From Scyliorhinus canicula (taxonomy: Eukaryota): DNA of 64,000 nucleotides. The position numbers and the translations under genes are program-made. Location: assembly GCF_902713615.1 (NCBI RefSeq), contig NC_052160.1, positions 46,032,719 through 46,096,718 on the forward strand. The letters run 5' to 3'. Each line of letters starts with the position of its first letter. Within the stretch, counting starts at the first letter, position 1. Under the pieces are notes generated by a model that was given only the letters and a program-made list of their open reading frames with translations, was not told the DNA's origin and did not search any database. Below, one piece after another: positions 1 through 12,295 of the stretch.

Positions 1-558
1 CCCCTCCAGCACCTCCGCAAGGCCCAAGATCCTCAGATTTTTCCGCCTCATGCAGTGATCAAGCTCCTCGCAGCGGTCCTGCCACTTCTTGTGTAGTGCC
101 TCGTGCCCCTCCACCTTACCCACGTGGACCACGGCCGCCTCCTCTCGTTCAGTGGCCTGCGTCTGCAACGCCTTGATGGCAGCACCCTGGGTCGTCTGAA
201 TCTCCAAGAGCCTTTTGTTCGTTTCCTGCAGAGAGCTCAGTACCTCAGCCTTGAAATCTGCAAAACAGCGCAGGAGCTGCTTGCTGCTCCTGGGCCCACT
301 GCTTCCACTCCTCTGGTGCTCCGCCGGCCGCCATCTTGGATTCCTTCCCCCGTTTTTTCTGGGGAGCTGCTGCCGTTTTTTTCACCCTTTCCACAAGTTC
401 GAATCATGAAATGCAGAGAAAGTCGATCAGCACACCTTCTCCCACCGGGAGATGTCGAAAAAATTCCGTTTTGGGCTCTAAAAAGAGCCGAAAAGTCCGT
501 TTGAAACGGGAGCTCCCAAATGTGCGGCTTCCTAAGTCGTCGCCACCACCGGAAGTCA
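1..558 (-). mobile_element. 5' end (5'UTR plus ORF1 start) of an L1-clade element, continuing off the left edge
   Basis: Minus strand begins GACTTCCGGTGGTGGCG, the same 5' terminus as the element ending at 35005. It encodes ...HKKWQDRCEELDHCMRRKNLRILGLAEVLEG, an L1 ORF1 coiled-coil/RRM junction. Confidence 0.75.
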
Positions 559-1209
559 CTAATTAAACACCTGAACACCAGCATTAGGAGCAAGAGCAGA
601 CCATTCGGCCCCTCGCGTATGGTCTGACTTTCGATAAAATCATGGTTGATCTGAACTCCACTTCCCTGTCTGCAGCCCATAACCTTGCCACCAGGATCCA
701 CCCTGTCAAGCCTCCTCAGACTTTTTTTACGTGTTTCAGTAAGACCACCTCTCATTCTTCTGGACTCTCTTCACCTTCGGAATCAGTAATTTGAACTTTC
801 TCTGATCTCATTCAAATGGAATTATACCCTTTCTTAAGTAAGAAGACCAACACTGTACACAGAACTCCAGGTGTGGCCTCACCAATGCCCGTTACAACTG
901 CAGTATAACTTGCCTATTTTTATATTCCATTCCACAGTCCAAAGATGTACAAGTTAGATGGATTGACCATGCTAAATTGTCCCTTTGTGTCCAATGGTTA
1001 GATAGGGTGACAGGCTAATGGGGAGGGGACAGGGAGGGGATTGGGCCTAAGTAGGGTGCTCGGGTTGAGGCAGGTGGAAGGTTGGTGCAAGCCGAATGAC
1101 CTCCTTCGGCACTGAAGAGATTCTATAATTCCATTTGTCGTCTCAATCTCTTGCTCCACTGGCATATCAACTGTGATTCATGAACTAAGATACCCCAGTT
1201 TCTCCATAC

Positions 1210-4200
1210 CTCCCTCTTTCTCTTTCTCTCGCTCTCTTGCTCGCTCTCTCTCTCTGTCACTCTTTCTCTTTATTTCTCTCTCTCTATTTTTCTTTATTTT
1301 TCTCTCTCTCTATTTCTCTCTCTTTATTTCTCGCTCTCTCTCTTTATTTCTCTCTCTCTCTTTATTTCTCGCTCTCTCTCTATTTCTCGCACTCTCTCTA
1401 TTTCTCGCACTCTCTTTATTTCTCTCTCTCTTTATTTCTCTCTCTTTATTTCTCGCTCTCACTTTATTTCTCTCACTTTATTTCTCTCACTTTATTTCTC
1501 TCACTTTATTTCTCTCACTTTATTTCTCTCACTTTATTTCTCTCTCTCTCACTTTATTTCTCTCTCCCCTCTCTCTTTATTTCTCTCTCTCTCTCTTTAT
1601 TTCTCTCTCTCTATTATTCGCTCGCTCTCTATTTCTCGCTCTCTCTCTCTATTTCTCGCTTGCTCTCTCTTTATTTCTCGCTCTCTTTATTTCTCGCTCA
1701 CTCACTTTATTTCTCTCTCTCTTTATTTCTCTCTCTTTCTTTTATTTCTCTCTCTCTCTATTTCTCTCTTTTATTTCTCTCTCCCTCTTTATTTCTCTTT
1801 CTCTTTATTGCTCTCTCTTTATTGCTCTCTCTCTCTTTATTGCTCTCTCTCTCTCTTTATTTCTCTTTATTTCTCTCTCTATTTCTCTCACTCTCTTTAT
1901 TTCTCTTGCGCTCGCTCTCTATTTCTCGCTCTCTATTTCTCGCTCTCTATTTCTCGCTCTCTCTATTTCTCGCTCTCTCTCTATTTCTCGCTCTCTCTCT
2001 ATTTCTCGCTCTCTCTATTTCTCGCTCTCTCTATTTCTCGCTCTCTCTCTATTTCTCGCTCTCTCTCTCTATTTCTCGCTCTCTCTCTCTATTTCTCGCT
2101 CTCTCTCTCTATTTCTCGCTCTCTCTCTCTCTATTTCTCGCTCTCTCTCTATTTCTCGCTCTCTCTCTATTTCTCGCTCTCTCTCTCTATTTCTCGCTCT
2201 CTCTCTCTATTTCTCGCTCTCTCTCTCTATTTCTCGCTCTCTCTCTCTATTTCTCGCTCTCTCTCTCTATTTCTCGCTCTCTCTCTCTATTTCTCGCTCT
2301 CTCTCTCTATTTCTCGCTCTCTCTATTTCTCGCTCTCTCTCTCTATTTCTCTCTCTCTCTCTCTCTCTATTCTCGCTCTCGCTCTCTCTGTTTCTCGCTC
2401 TCTCTGTTTCTCGCTCTCTCTGTTTCTCGCTCTCTCTGTTTCTCGCTCTCTCTGTTTCTCGCTCTCTTTATTTATCTCGCTCTCTCTGTTTCTCGCTCTC
2501 TCTGTTTCTCGCTCTCTCTGTTTCTCGCTCTCTCTGTTTCTCGCTCTCTCTGTTTCTCGCTCTCTCTGTTTCTCGCTCTCTCTGTTTCTCGCTCTCTCTG
2601 TTTCTCGCTCTCTCTGTTTCTCGCTCTCTCTGTTTCTCGCTCTCTCTGTTGCTCTCGCTCTCCCTGTTGCTCTCGCTCTCCCTGTTGCTCTCGCTCTCCC
2701 TGTTGCTCTCGCTCTCTCTGTTGCTCTCGCTCTCTCTGTTGCTCTCGCTCTCTCTGTTGCTCTCGCTCTCTCTGTTGCTCTCGCTCTCTCTGTTGCTCTC
2801 GCTCTCTCTGTTGCTCTCGCTCTCTCTGTTGCTCTCGCTCTCTCTGTTGCTCTCGCTCTCTCTTTATTTCTCGCTCTCTCTTCATTTCTCTCGCTCTCTC
2901 TTCATTTCTCTCGCTCTCTCTTCATTTCTCTCGCTCTCTCTTCATTTCTCTCGCTCTCTCTTCATTTCTCTCGCTCTCTCTTCATTTCTCTCGCCCTCTC
3001 TCTTTATTTCTCTCGCCCTCTCTCTTTATTTCTCTCGCCCTCTCTCTTTATTTCTCTCGCCCTCTCTCTTTATTTCTCTCGCTCTGCCTCTCTATTTCTC
3101 GCTCTTCTTTATTTCTCGCTCGCTCTCCTTTATTTCTCGCTCTTTATTTATCACTCAATTTATTTCTCTCTCTCTCTCTCTCTCTATTTCTCTCGCTCTC
3201 TTTATTTCTCTCGCTCTCTTTATTTCTCTCACTCTCTCTTTGTTTCTCTCGCTCTCTCTTTATTTCTCGCTCTATTTCTCTCGCTCTCTCTCTTTATTTC
3301 TCTCTCTCTCTTTATTTCTCGCTCTCTCTTTATTTCTCTCGCTCTCCCTTTATTTCTCTCTCTCTATTTCTCTCACTCTTTTTATTTTTCTCTCTCTTTA
3401 TTTCTCTCTCGCTCTCTCTCTATTTCTCTCGCTCACTCTCTATTTCTCTCGCTCTCTCTATTTCTCTCGCTCTCGCTCTATTTCTCTCGCTCTCTTTATT
3501 TCTTGCTCTATTTCTCTCGCTCTCTTTATTTCTCTCTCTCTCGCGCTCTCTTTATTTCTCGCGCTCTCTTTATTTTCTCGCGCTCTCTTTATTTCTCGCG
3601 CTCTCTTTATTTCTCGCGCTTTCTTTATATCTCGCGCTCTCTTTATTTCTCGCGCTCTCTATTTCTCGCGCTCTCTTTATTTCTCGCGCTCTCTATTTCT
3701 CGCGCTCTCTTTATTTCTCGCGCTCTCTTTATTTCTCGCGCTCTCTTTATTTCTCGCGCTCTCTTTATTTCTCGCGCTCTCTTTATTTCTCGCGCTCTCT
3801 TTATTTCTCGCGCTCTTTATTTCTCGCGCTCTCTTTATTTCTCGCGCTCTCTTTATTTCTCGCGCTCTCTTTATTTCTCGCGCTCTCTTTATTTCTCGCG
3901 CTCTCTTTGTTTCTCGCGCTCTCTTTGTTTCTCTCGCTCTCTCTTTGTTTCTCTCGCTCTCTCTTTGTTTCTCTCGCTCTCTCTTTATTACTCGCTCTCT
4001 CTTATTTCTCGCTCTCCCTTTATTTCTCTCTCTCTATTTCTCTCACTCTTTTTATTTTTCTCTCTCTTTATTTCTCTCTCGCTCTCTCTCTATTTCTCTC
4101 GCTCACTCTCTATTTCTCTCGCTCTCTCTATTTCTCTCGCTCTCGCTCTTTCTCTCGCTCTCTTTATTTCTTACTCTATTTCTCTCGCTCTCTCTCTTTA

Positions 4201-5051
4201 TTTCTCTCTCTCGCGCTCTCTTTTCTCGCGCTCTCTTTATTTCTCGCGCTCTCTTTATTTCTCGCGCTCTCTTTATTTCTCGCGCTCTCTTTATTTCTCG
4301 CGCTCTCTTTATTTCTCGCGCTCTCTTTATTTCTCGCGCTTTCTTTATTACTCGCGCTTTCTTTATATCTCGCGCTTTCTTTATTTCTCGCGCTCTCTTT
4401 ATTTCTCGCGCTCTCTTTATTTCTCGCGCTCTCTTTATTTCTCGCGCTCTCTTTATTTCTCGCGCTCTCTTTATTTCTCGCGCTCTCTTTATTTCTCGTG
4501 TTCTCTTTATTTCTCGCGCTCTCTTTATTTCTCGCGCTCTCTTTATTTCTCGCGCTCTCTTTATTTCTCGCGCGCTCTTTATTTCTCGCGCTCTCTTTAT
4601 TTCTCGCGCTCTCTTTATTTCTCGCGCTCTCTTTATTTCTCGCGCTCTCTTTATTTCTCGCGCTCTCTTTATTTCTCGCGCTCTCTTTATTTCTCGCGCT
4701 CTCTTTATTTCTCGCGCTCTCTTTATTTCTCGCGCACTCTTTATTTCTCGCGCTCTCTTTATTTCTCGCGCTCTCTTTATTTCTCGCGCTCTCCCTTTAT
4801 TTCTCGCGCTCTCCCTTTATTTCTCGCGCTCTCCCTTTATTTCTCGCGCTCTCCCTTTATTTCTCGCGCTCTCCCTTTATTTCTCGCGCTCTCCCTTTAT
4901 TTCTCGCGCTCTCCCTTTATTTCTCGCGCTCTCCCTTTATTTCTCGCGCTCTCCCTTTATTTCTCGCGCTCTCCCTTTATTTCTCGCGCTCTCCCTTTAT
5001 TTCTCGCGCTCTCCCTTTATTTCTCGCGCTCTCCCTTTATTTCTCGCGCTC
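1210..5051. repeat. CT-rich compound micro/minisatellite (16-, 18- and 20-bp units such as TTTATTTCTCGCGCTCTC and TTCTCGCGCTCTCCCTTTAT)
   Basis: Directly visible; almost purely pyrimidine on the + strand; runs into an N gap. Confidence 0.98.
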
Positions 5052-5955
5052 NNNNNNNNNNNNNNNNNNNNNNNNNNNNNNNNNNNNNNNNNNNNNNNNN
5101 NNNNNNNNNNNNNNNNNNNNNNNNNNNNNNNNNNNNNNNNNNNNNNNNNNNNNNNNNNNNNNNNNNNNNNNNNNNNNNNNNNNNNNNNNNNNNNNNNNNN
5201 NNNNNNNNNNNNNNNNNNNNNNNNNNNNNNNNNNNNNNNNNNNNNNNNNNNNNNNNNNNNNNNNNNNNNNNNNNNNNNNNNNNNNNNNNNNNNNNNNNNN
5301 NNNNNNNNNNNNNNNNNNNNNNNNNNNNNNNNNNNNNNNNNNNNNNNNNNNNNNNNNNNNNNNNNNNNNNNNNNNNNNNNNNNNNNNNNNNNNNNNNNNN
5401 NNNNNNNNNNNNNNNNNNNNNNNNNNNNNNNNNNNNNNNNNCTCTTTCTCTTTATATTACTCTCTCTCTTTCNNNNNNNNNNNNNNNNNNNNNNNNNNNN
5501 NNNNNNNNNNNNNNNNNNNNNNNNNNNNNNNNNNNNNNNNNNNNNNNNNNNNNNNNNNNNNNNNNNNNNNNNNNNNNNNNNNNNNNNNNNNNNNNNNNNN
5601 NNNNNNNNNNNNNNNNNNNNNNNNNNNNNNNNNNNNNNNNNNNNNNNNNNNNNNNNNNNNNNNNNNNNNNNNNNNNNNNNNNNNNNNNNNNNNNNNNNNN
5701 NNNNNNNNNNNNNNNNNNNNNNNNNNNNNNNNNNNNNNNNNNNNNNNNNNNNNNNNNNNNNNNNNNNNNNNNNNNNNNNNNNNNNNNNNNNNNNNNNNNN
5801 NNNNNNNNNNNNNNNNNNNNNNNNNNNNNNNNNNNNNNNNNNNNNNNNNNNNNNNNNNNNNNNNNNNNNNNNNNNNNNNNNNNNNNNNNNNNNNNNNNNN
5901 NNNNNNNNNNNNNNNNNNNNNNNNNNNNNNNNNNNNNNNNNNNNNNNNNNNNNNN
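5052..5955. other. Two assembly gaps (N 5052-5441 and 5473-5955) separated by a 31-bp CT-rich island
   Basis: N runs in the sequence. Confidence 0.99.
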
Positions 5956-6342
5956 GTTTTTCCCATTCTGACAACTCTATCATTCCCATATTTGCCAGTT
6001 GCCGAACAGGCAAGGTATGCCCCAAGTGTGCAGTACTATGCTGTCTAAGCTGGGCTGTACCCAAGCTAGTGCTGGCCCCATTGCAAGGCGCACCATCAAC
6101 TATTTTGCAACAGGCATGCATTTTTGTGCCTTGAGGTTGCAGCCGCAGAAAATTGAGATGCAAGACTGGATACATCGCCTCTGGCTCATTAACTGTGGAA
6201 CACAGGGCCTAGACTTTATGCTGGGCTGTTTGAACGAGCAGAAATTTAACATGGGTCATAATGGGGAAATGTGCCATGACAATTATTATTCCTCTTTCTG
6301 TATGTTGGAAAGATTCTGATACATTGGTGTTTTCACTCCTAG

Positions 6343-6477
6343 GCTTGGGCTGATGCTTTCAGGAGTAGTCCAGATCTGACTGGAGTAGTTCATATTTATG
6401 AAGAGTTGAAGAGAAAAGGAATGGAGTTCCCAATGGCTGATCTGGATGCACTGTCTCCGATACACACACCAGGGAGA
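6343..6477 (+). CDS. TOM1L2: TOM1L2 internal coding exon (end of VHS domain), [45 protein letters not shown]
   Basis: ctcctAG acceptor at 6341-6342, GTaagc donor at 6478; 135 nt, phase 0/0. Translation is nearly identical to the vertebrate TOM1L2 VHS C-terminus as I recall it. Confidence 0.97.
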
Positions 6478-6649
6478 GTAAGCGTTGACATAGGCCCAAG
6501 TGCAAATGCAGTATTAACTTGCACAAAGACCACATTTTGATAAACACACATAAAATCAGTTGGTAAAGTTGAACATGCAGCCTTCAAATTATGAGAAGAT
6601 TGATATAAATGATTAGTGTATATTGTATCAACTCATTTTGCACTTTAAA

Positions 6650-6855
6650 AATTTTTTTCGAGTGCCCAATTAATTTTTTCCAATTAAGGGGCAATTTAGC
6701 GTGACCATTCCACCTACCCTGCACATCTTTGGGTTGTGGGGGCAAAACCCACGCAAACTGCAAACTCTACACTGACAGTGACCCAGAGCCGGGATCAAAC
6801 CTGGAGCCTCAGCGCGTGAGGCAGCAGTGCTAACCACTGCACCACAATGCTGCCA
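6650..6855 (-). mobile_element. tRNA-derived V-domain SINE, short A-tailed form
   Basis: Minus strand has the tRNA-like head (GCAGTGGTTAGCACTGCTGCCTCA), the V core CCAAAGATGTGCAGG..GCTAAATTGCCCCTTAATTGG and an A-rich end. Confidence 0.85.
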
Positions 6856-7765
6856 TTTACACACTTTTAATGAGAATGTTGGTCCATTAAAATTGCACAA
6901 GCTGCCTTTTTTTTTCATGGGATAGAAATTTAACTCCATTGCAGCCTATATGCATGTTAGTATGGTAATAAATGCCTTGTGGCGTGTTGAATAAATATTG
7001 CATTTATTTCAGAAAATTCAATCTGTTTTACTTTATGGAGGTAACTGTTCCCCATTTACCTCCACACTGATGCATTCAAAATAATGATAAATAACGTTAT
7101 TCTATATTATTGTTCTATCTGCATGCAGAATTCCTCCCTGGAACTGCAAATGATAATTTTGGTTTGTTTGTGTGAAAAGCTCGAGTCAATGATTACTTTT
7201 TGAAGTGAAGAGAATCTGCTTCCAGATTGGTTACTAAATTTTTAAGTTGTGCTTTTTAAAAAAAAATACAAACAATAAATACTGTTGCAGTACAATTGTT
7301 GCTCTTATCTTCAAGTGGGGAGAAGCCTTGGATCTTTAACATTTCTGAAATATGATAACTGATGTTATTTCTGTGCATTGTTTCGCTGTAGAGCCCCATT
7401 GTTATCTCTGCTTCATGGAGTTCCTGTGCACCTCCACGTTTGCCCAGGGACTCCTCCCGTTTCAATTTATGTGGACATCATTATAACTGATCTATTCTGT
7501 GCTTGTTTAACTCTAATGTTTAAAAGTTTGTTATTGAAACCATTTTTTAAAAGTCATTTTGAAAATGTACTGTGATTAAGCTGGATGAGCGAGCAAATCT
7601 TTATTTTCTTGCTGGGGTAAGGTAATTTCATTTGCTTTGTCAGAGGTTGGTAAATGATTATTAGCACTCATTCTGAACTCCACTGAAAATAAAAGCTATT
7701 GAATTTCCAAGCATTGTTTCCATGCACTGAATATATGAGGTCATGCATATTTTTTTCAATTGCAG

Positions 7766-7918
7766 TGTATTCCTGAGGTGGATCCTGCAATGAACAAACC
7801 AATGCCTCCGTCCCTACAGAAAAACACAAACAGCTTACCATCTGCACCATCTGCACTAACTGCTTATTCAGTCCCTCAAGGCCTCCCAACTGGACCAATC
7901 ACTGCAAATGTTGAACAG
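7766..7918 (+). CDS. TOM1L2: TOM1L2 exon (VHS-GAT linker), CIPEVDPAMNKPMPPSLQKNTNSLPSAPSALTAYSVPQGLPTGPITANVEQ
   Basis: ttgcAG acceptor at 7764-7765, GTgaaa donor at 7919; 153 nt, phase 0/0. PEVDPA and GPITANxEQ match TOM1L2 rather than TOM1. Confidence 0.93.
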
Positions 7919-8133
7919 GTGAAAAAGCAACTTGCATTTATATAGCCCATTTTAAGAACATATGAAATAGGTTCCAGGGTAGAACAAACAGTTCCTTGAG
8001 CCTACTCTGCCATTCATTATAATTATGGCTGATCTGTGCAACTCCACTTTCCCACCTGCTCCCCATATCCCTTGATCCCCTGCAAGACCAAAAATCTGTC
8101 TCAGCCTTGACTATAATTAATGATGGAGCATCC

Positions 8134-8252
8134 TTCTCCCCGTGTCTACGTGGACCTAACCCCCACAATCCAAAGATGTGCAGGATAGGTGGATTGGTTA
8201 CGCTAAATTGTCCCTTTAATTGGGAAAAAAAAACTTTAAACAATTTTTTAAA
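8134..8252 (+). mobile_element. 5'-truncated A-tailed V-SINE inserted in a decayed CR1 copy
   Basis: V core plus A-rich tail; 15-bp TSD AATGATG(G/T)AGCATCC at 8119-8133 and 8253-8267. Confidence 0.8.
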
Positions 8253-10286
8253 AATGATGTAGCATCCTCAACTCTCTGGGGGTTGAGAATTCCAAAGCTT
8301 CACAACTCTGAGTGAAAAAAATTATCTCCACCTCTATCCTAAATGATTGACCCCATATTCTAGATTCCCATGCCAGGGGAAACCACCATGTCAAACCCTC
8401 TCAGAATTGTTTATGTTTCCATGAGACCAACTGTCAACTTTGTAAACTCCAGAGAGTATTTTTTTTTTATTCATTCAAGTGATGTGGGCTTAGCCCAGCC
8501 AAAATTGCCCTTGAGAATGTGGTGGTCAGCTGCCTGCTTGAACTGCTGCAGTCCATATGGTGTAAGTACACCTACAGTGCTGTTAAGGAGGGAGTCCCAG
8601 GCAACAGTGAAGGAATGGCAATATAGTTCCAAGTCAGGATGGCGAGTGACTTGAAGGGGAACTTCCAGCTGGTGGTGTTGCTTTTGTTTTATAAATTTAG
8701 AGTATTGATTATTTTTTTCCATTAAGGGGCAATTTGGCGCGGCTAATCCACCTAGCCTGCACAAACACTGGGAGAATGTGCAAACTCCACACAGGCAGTG
8801 GCCGGGATCAAACTCTGGTCCTCGGCGCTGTGAGGGAGCACTGCTAACCTCTAGGCACCCTGCCACCCTAGCTGGTGATGTTCCTATGTATCTAATTTAC
8901 TCAACCTCTCATCATTAGACAACCCTCCCAGAAATGAAACTAGTGAACCTCCAGAACCTCCAAATATACCCTTCCTTTCGATATGGAGACAAAACCTGAT
9001 CCAGTTGTGGTTTCACCAAAACCCTACACAATATAAAGTAACTTTCTTGTTGATGTGCATTAGTTCCCTTGCAATAAAATGTCAACATAAAGGGTTGCTG
9101 TACCTTCATGTTAACTTTTTGTGATCCTTGTGTGTGTACCTTTGATAATAAACAGTTATGTGTTTCTTGTCTTTTTTTTAAATTTGCTTAGCTATCTGCT
9201 ATCTCGTTGCCCACTCACTTAACTTATTTACATCCCTTTGAATCCTTCTTGCAGCTTACATTCTCACCTTGCTTTGTATTGTCAATAAACGTAGATACAT
9301 TACTCTTGATTTCTTCAGAAAGAATTGTAAATAGCTGAGCCCCCAACACTTATCCTTGTGGAGCTCTGCTAATCAAAGCCTGCCAAATTGCAAATGTCCT
9401 GTCACCCCCATCCCCCCCCCTGCTTTTTTTTTGTGGGCAAATGGGAAAGCTTTTTTTTAATGTATTTTATTACAAACCTGTATCAAAACAGGTTACAGCA
9501 AATAAACACCCCGGGAAACATACTTCCCAGCAATCAACTCCCTCTGCTTCTGTCCATTAACCAATTCACCATGAATGCTAATATAACATTATAAAATGTC
9601 GGGGAGGATAGCTGAAAGCTTTGTCAAGAAAATAGCTTTTTTTAGTGTGCTTTAATGAAGGAAAAAGGGGCAGACAAATTACAGCGGGAGCTCCAAACTT
9701 GACTCCTAAGTAGCAGAAGGCACTGTGGTGGAGCAGTTGAATATGGGGTGTTCAAGAGGTCAGATTTGGGAGTGCCCAAATTTCAAAACGTTTGAGGGGC
9801 TGGAGGAGATTACATAGTGAAGATACAAAGTAATGTAAGGATTTGCAAACAAGGATGAGAATTGTAAATTCAAGCCATTTCCAAATGTTTGTACGACTGC
9901 AAGCTCCCCAACCACATAGAAAATAAGAATGGCAGAGTATTAACTATTTCAAATTCAGTGCAAATAATAAGATACTGTTTTGTCAGATAATGTATTGTAC
10001 ACCCTGCCTTGAGCACCAGTAGATTATACATACTTCTAATTGTTTCAAGCCCTCGAGGGTAGGCACTGCAGGGATTTAGAACATAGAACACTACAGCGCA
10101 GTACGGGCCCTTCGGCCCTCGTGTTTCAGTCGGACACTACAAATCATTTTTTCCTGCTAGCATTTGCAGCAGACATAGATATGATGCTGGACCAATTATG
10201 TTTGTTACAACGCAGTATTAGATAAATGGATTAACACTGAGATGGTGCAGTAGATTAGACAACCACCTCCTGGTTTTTCAAAATGT

Positions 10287-10465
10287 TTTTTTTATATCGC
10301 GTACCCAATTATTCTTTTCCAATTTGAGGCAAAATTTAGTGTGGCCAATCCACCTAACCTGTACATCTTTGGGTAGTGTGGGTGAAACCCACACAGACAT
10401 TGGGAGAATGTGCAAACTCCACACACAATGACCCGGGGCCGGCATCAAACCCGGGTCCTCAGCTG
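10287..10465 (-). mobile_element. 5'-truncated A-tailed V-SINE
   Basis: Identical 16-bp TSD TGGTTTTTCAAAATGT at 10271-10286 and 10466-10481. Confidence 0.88.
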
Positions 10466-10570
10466 TGGTTTTTCAAAATGTGAGTGGGTCTGTTTCTGTG
10501 CTTGCAATATTCTGTGTTGGCTAATCTAAGGGTTTACCCTTTGTTTTAAGTTGAGCCTTTTGTATGGCAG

Positions 10571-10687
10571 CTTGCCAGGTTGCGCAGCGAGCTGGATGTT
10601 GTCCGTGGAAATGCAAAAGTGATGTCAGAGATGTTAACCGAAACAGTCCCTGGGCAGGAAAATCAATCTGACTTTGAGCTGTTACAG
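10571..10687 (+). CDS. TOM1L2: TOM1L2 exon (GAT domain start), [39 protein letters not shown]
   Basis: ggcAG acceptor at 10569-10570, GTaaga donor at 10688; 117 nt, phase 0/0; GAT-domain sequence. Confidence 0.97.
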
Positions 10688-11454
10688 GTAAGAATATTGA
10701 AGCTGTTTACATTGCATTTTAACCTCTATGAATTACTATGTGGTAGCAAACCTCGGTAAAACAGGGTCCCACAAAGAGTTAATCTGGAGAGTAAAATTGC
10801 TGAATTTAAATTGCAAAATTTTAACAAGTTTAGGAGCAGTATCTACAGGTTCTAGAGCAAGATAACTTTGTTTTATCCGTTGTACATGTAGGCAGCCTTG
10901 TGACTTATTCAGGCGTTTCAGCCACCTTTTCATATTTTGAAACATACTATTGGAATAAGTGGCTGAAGTTATTGTTTCATTGAAGGGCGGCTATTTCGAA
11001 TGCATTGGGAAACTCAAGCAAGCTCCCACTGAAAGTCATAGAAAATAAAATGCGGACGGAAACTATTAGGTCTATCACTTGTCCTGATACACATGTGTAA
11101 ACCAGAACTATCTATTCTCATTCCATTGCCTAACCTTTTGCCAGTACTATTTACATTCATCCTTTACAAATGCTTATTCAATTAGGATAAATGTTGTTTG
11201 TACTGTTGAATGTTAGGATCCCACAAAAATTGAGTCTGAGTTAGTTTAACCTCTGAGCATAGTGTCTCATAATTCAGTACTGATTGCCATTAATTTTGGA
11301 AACCATGTGTGACTAATGTGAAAAATGAAAACAACATTCACACAATTGGCTGGAGTTGAGCATTTTAGTGAAATTTCTACTGTGTTTGATCTGTGCATTA
11401 CCCAACCTGGAAGAGCTAGATATACTAAGAGAACAAAAACAAAAAAGAAACATT

Positions 11455-11663
11455 GGGCGAGATTCCGTGGCCTCTCTGTAGTGTGTTTCTCGGCAGTGGG
11501 AGGCAGCCTGTTGTTATCCAGCCTGCCATTAACCGGTGGCAGGATCTTCTGTCACTGGAATTTCCTGCCACTGTCAAGGAAATTTCCCATTGAATCCATC
11601 CCATGCCACCGGGAAACCCATGGCGGGGGTGCGCCATCGGTGGGATCTTTTCAAGATCTCGCC
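11455..11663. mobile_element. Short MITE with Harbinger-like TIRs (GGGCGAGATT...GATCTCGCC)
   Basis: Imperfect terminal inverted repeats similar to the other GGGCGCGATT-type elements in the window. Confidence 0.55.
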
Positions 11664-11781
11664 AACTATTTTCAATTCTCTGTTGATCTTCATTCTTCAA
11701 AATTCTTCAAACAAGAATTCTGTTTGATTGTGCTTTTGGTGACATAGAACTGATTAACATGTCCTGTATTTTTAAAATAAG

Positions 11782-11915
11782 GAACTAAACCGTACATGTC
11801 GAGCAATGCAGCAACGAGTTGTTGAACTTCTCTCCAATGTAACCAACGAAGAGATCACAGAGGAACTTCTACATGTAAATGATGATCTTAATAATGTCTT
11901 TCTTCGGTATGAGAG
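11782..11915 (+). CDS. TOM1L2: TOM1L2 exon (GAT domain), [44 protein letters not shown](R)
   Basis: taAG acceptor at 11780-11781, GTgagt donor at 11916; 134 nt, phase 0/2; contains the GAT hallmark [17 protein letters not shown]. Confidence 0.97.
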
Positions 11916-11977
11916 GTGAGTGATTACCTTGCTGCGCTGATTTCTGCTAATTATTTTCCTCATCTGCGACAGGTTTA

Positions 11978-12295
11978 GCATAGAACATAGAACATACAGT
12001 GCAGAAGGAGGCCCTTTGGCCCATCAAGTCTGCACCAACCCACTTAAGCCCTCACTTCCACCCTATCCCAATAACCCCTCCTAAACGTTTTGGAGACTAA
12101 GGGCAATTTAGCATGGCCAAACCACCTAACCTGCACGTCTTTGGACTGTGGGAGGAAACCGGAGCACCCGGAGGAAACCCACGTAAACACGGGGAGAACG
12201 TGCAAACTCCGCACAGACAGTGACCCAGCGGGGAATCGAACCTGGGACCCTGGCGCTGTGAAGTCACAATGCTATCCACTGTGCTACCGTGCTGC
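11978..12295 (-). mobile_element. Full-length V-SINE (HE1-like) with CR1-type 3' tail
   Basis: tRNA head, V core and tail ...GGCCTCCTTCTGCACTGTATGTTCTATGTTCTAT; close copy at 56565-56890. Confidence 0.9.

Noticed and set aside
1173-6175. Very long ORFs (1653, 1603 and 1387 aa) and minus-strand ORFs through the gap
   Set aside because: Open in all three + frames only because the CT satellite lacks stop codons and N runs are read through; low-complexity S/L/F translation.
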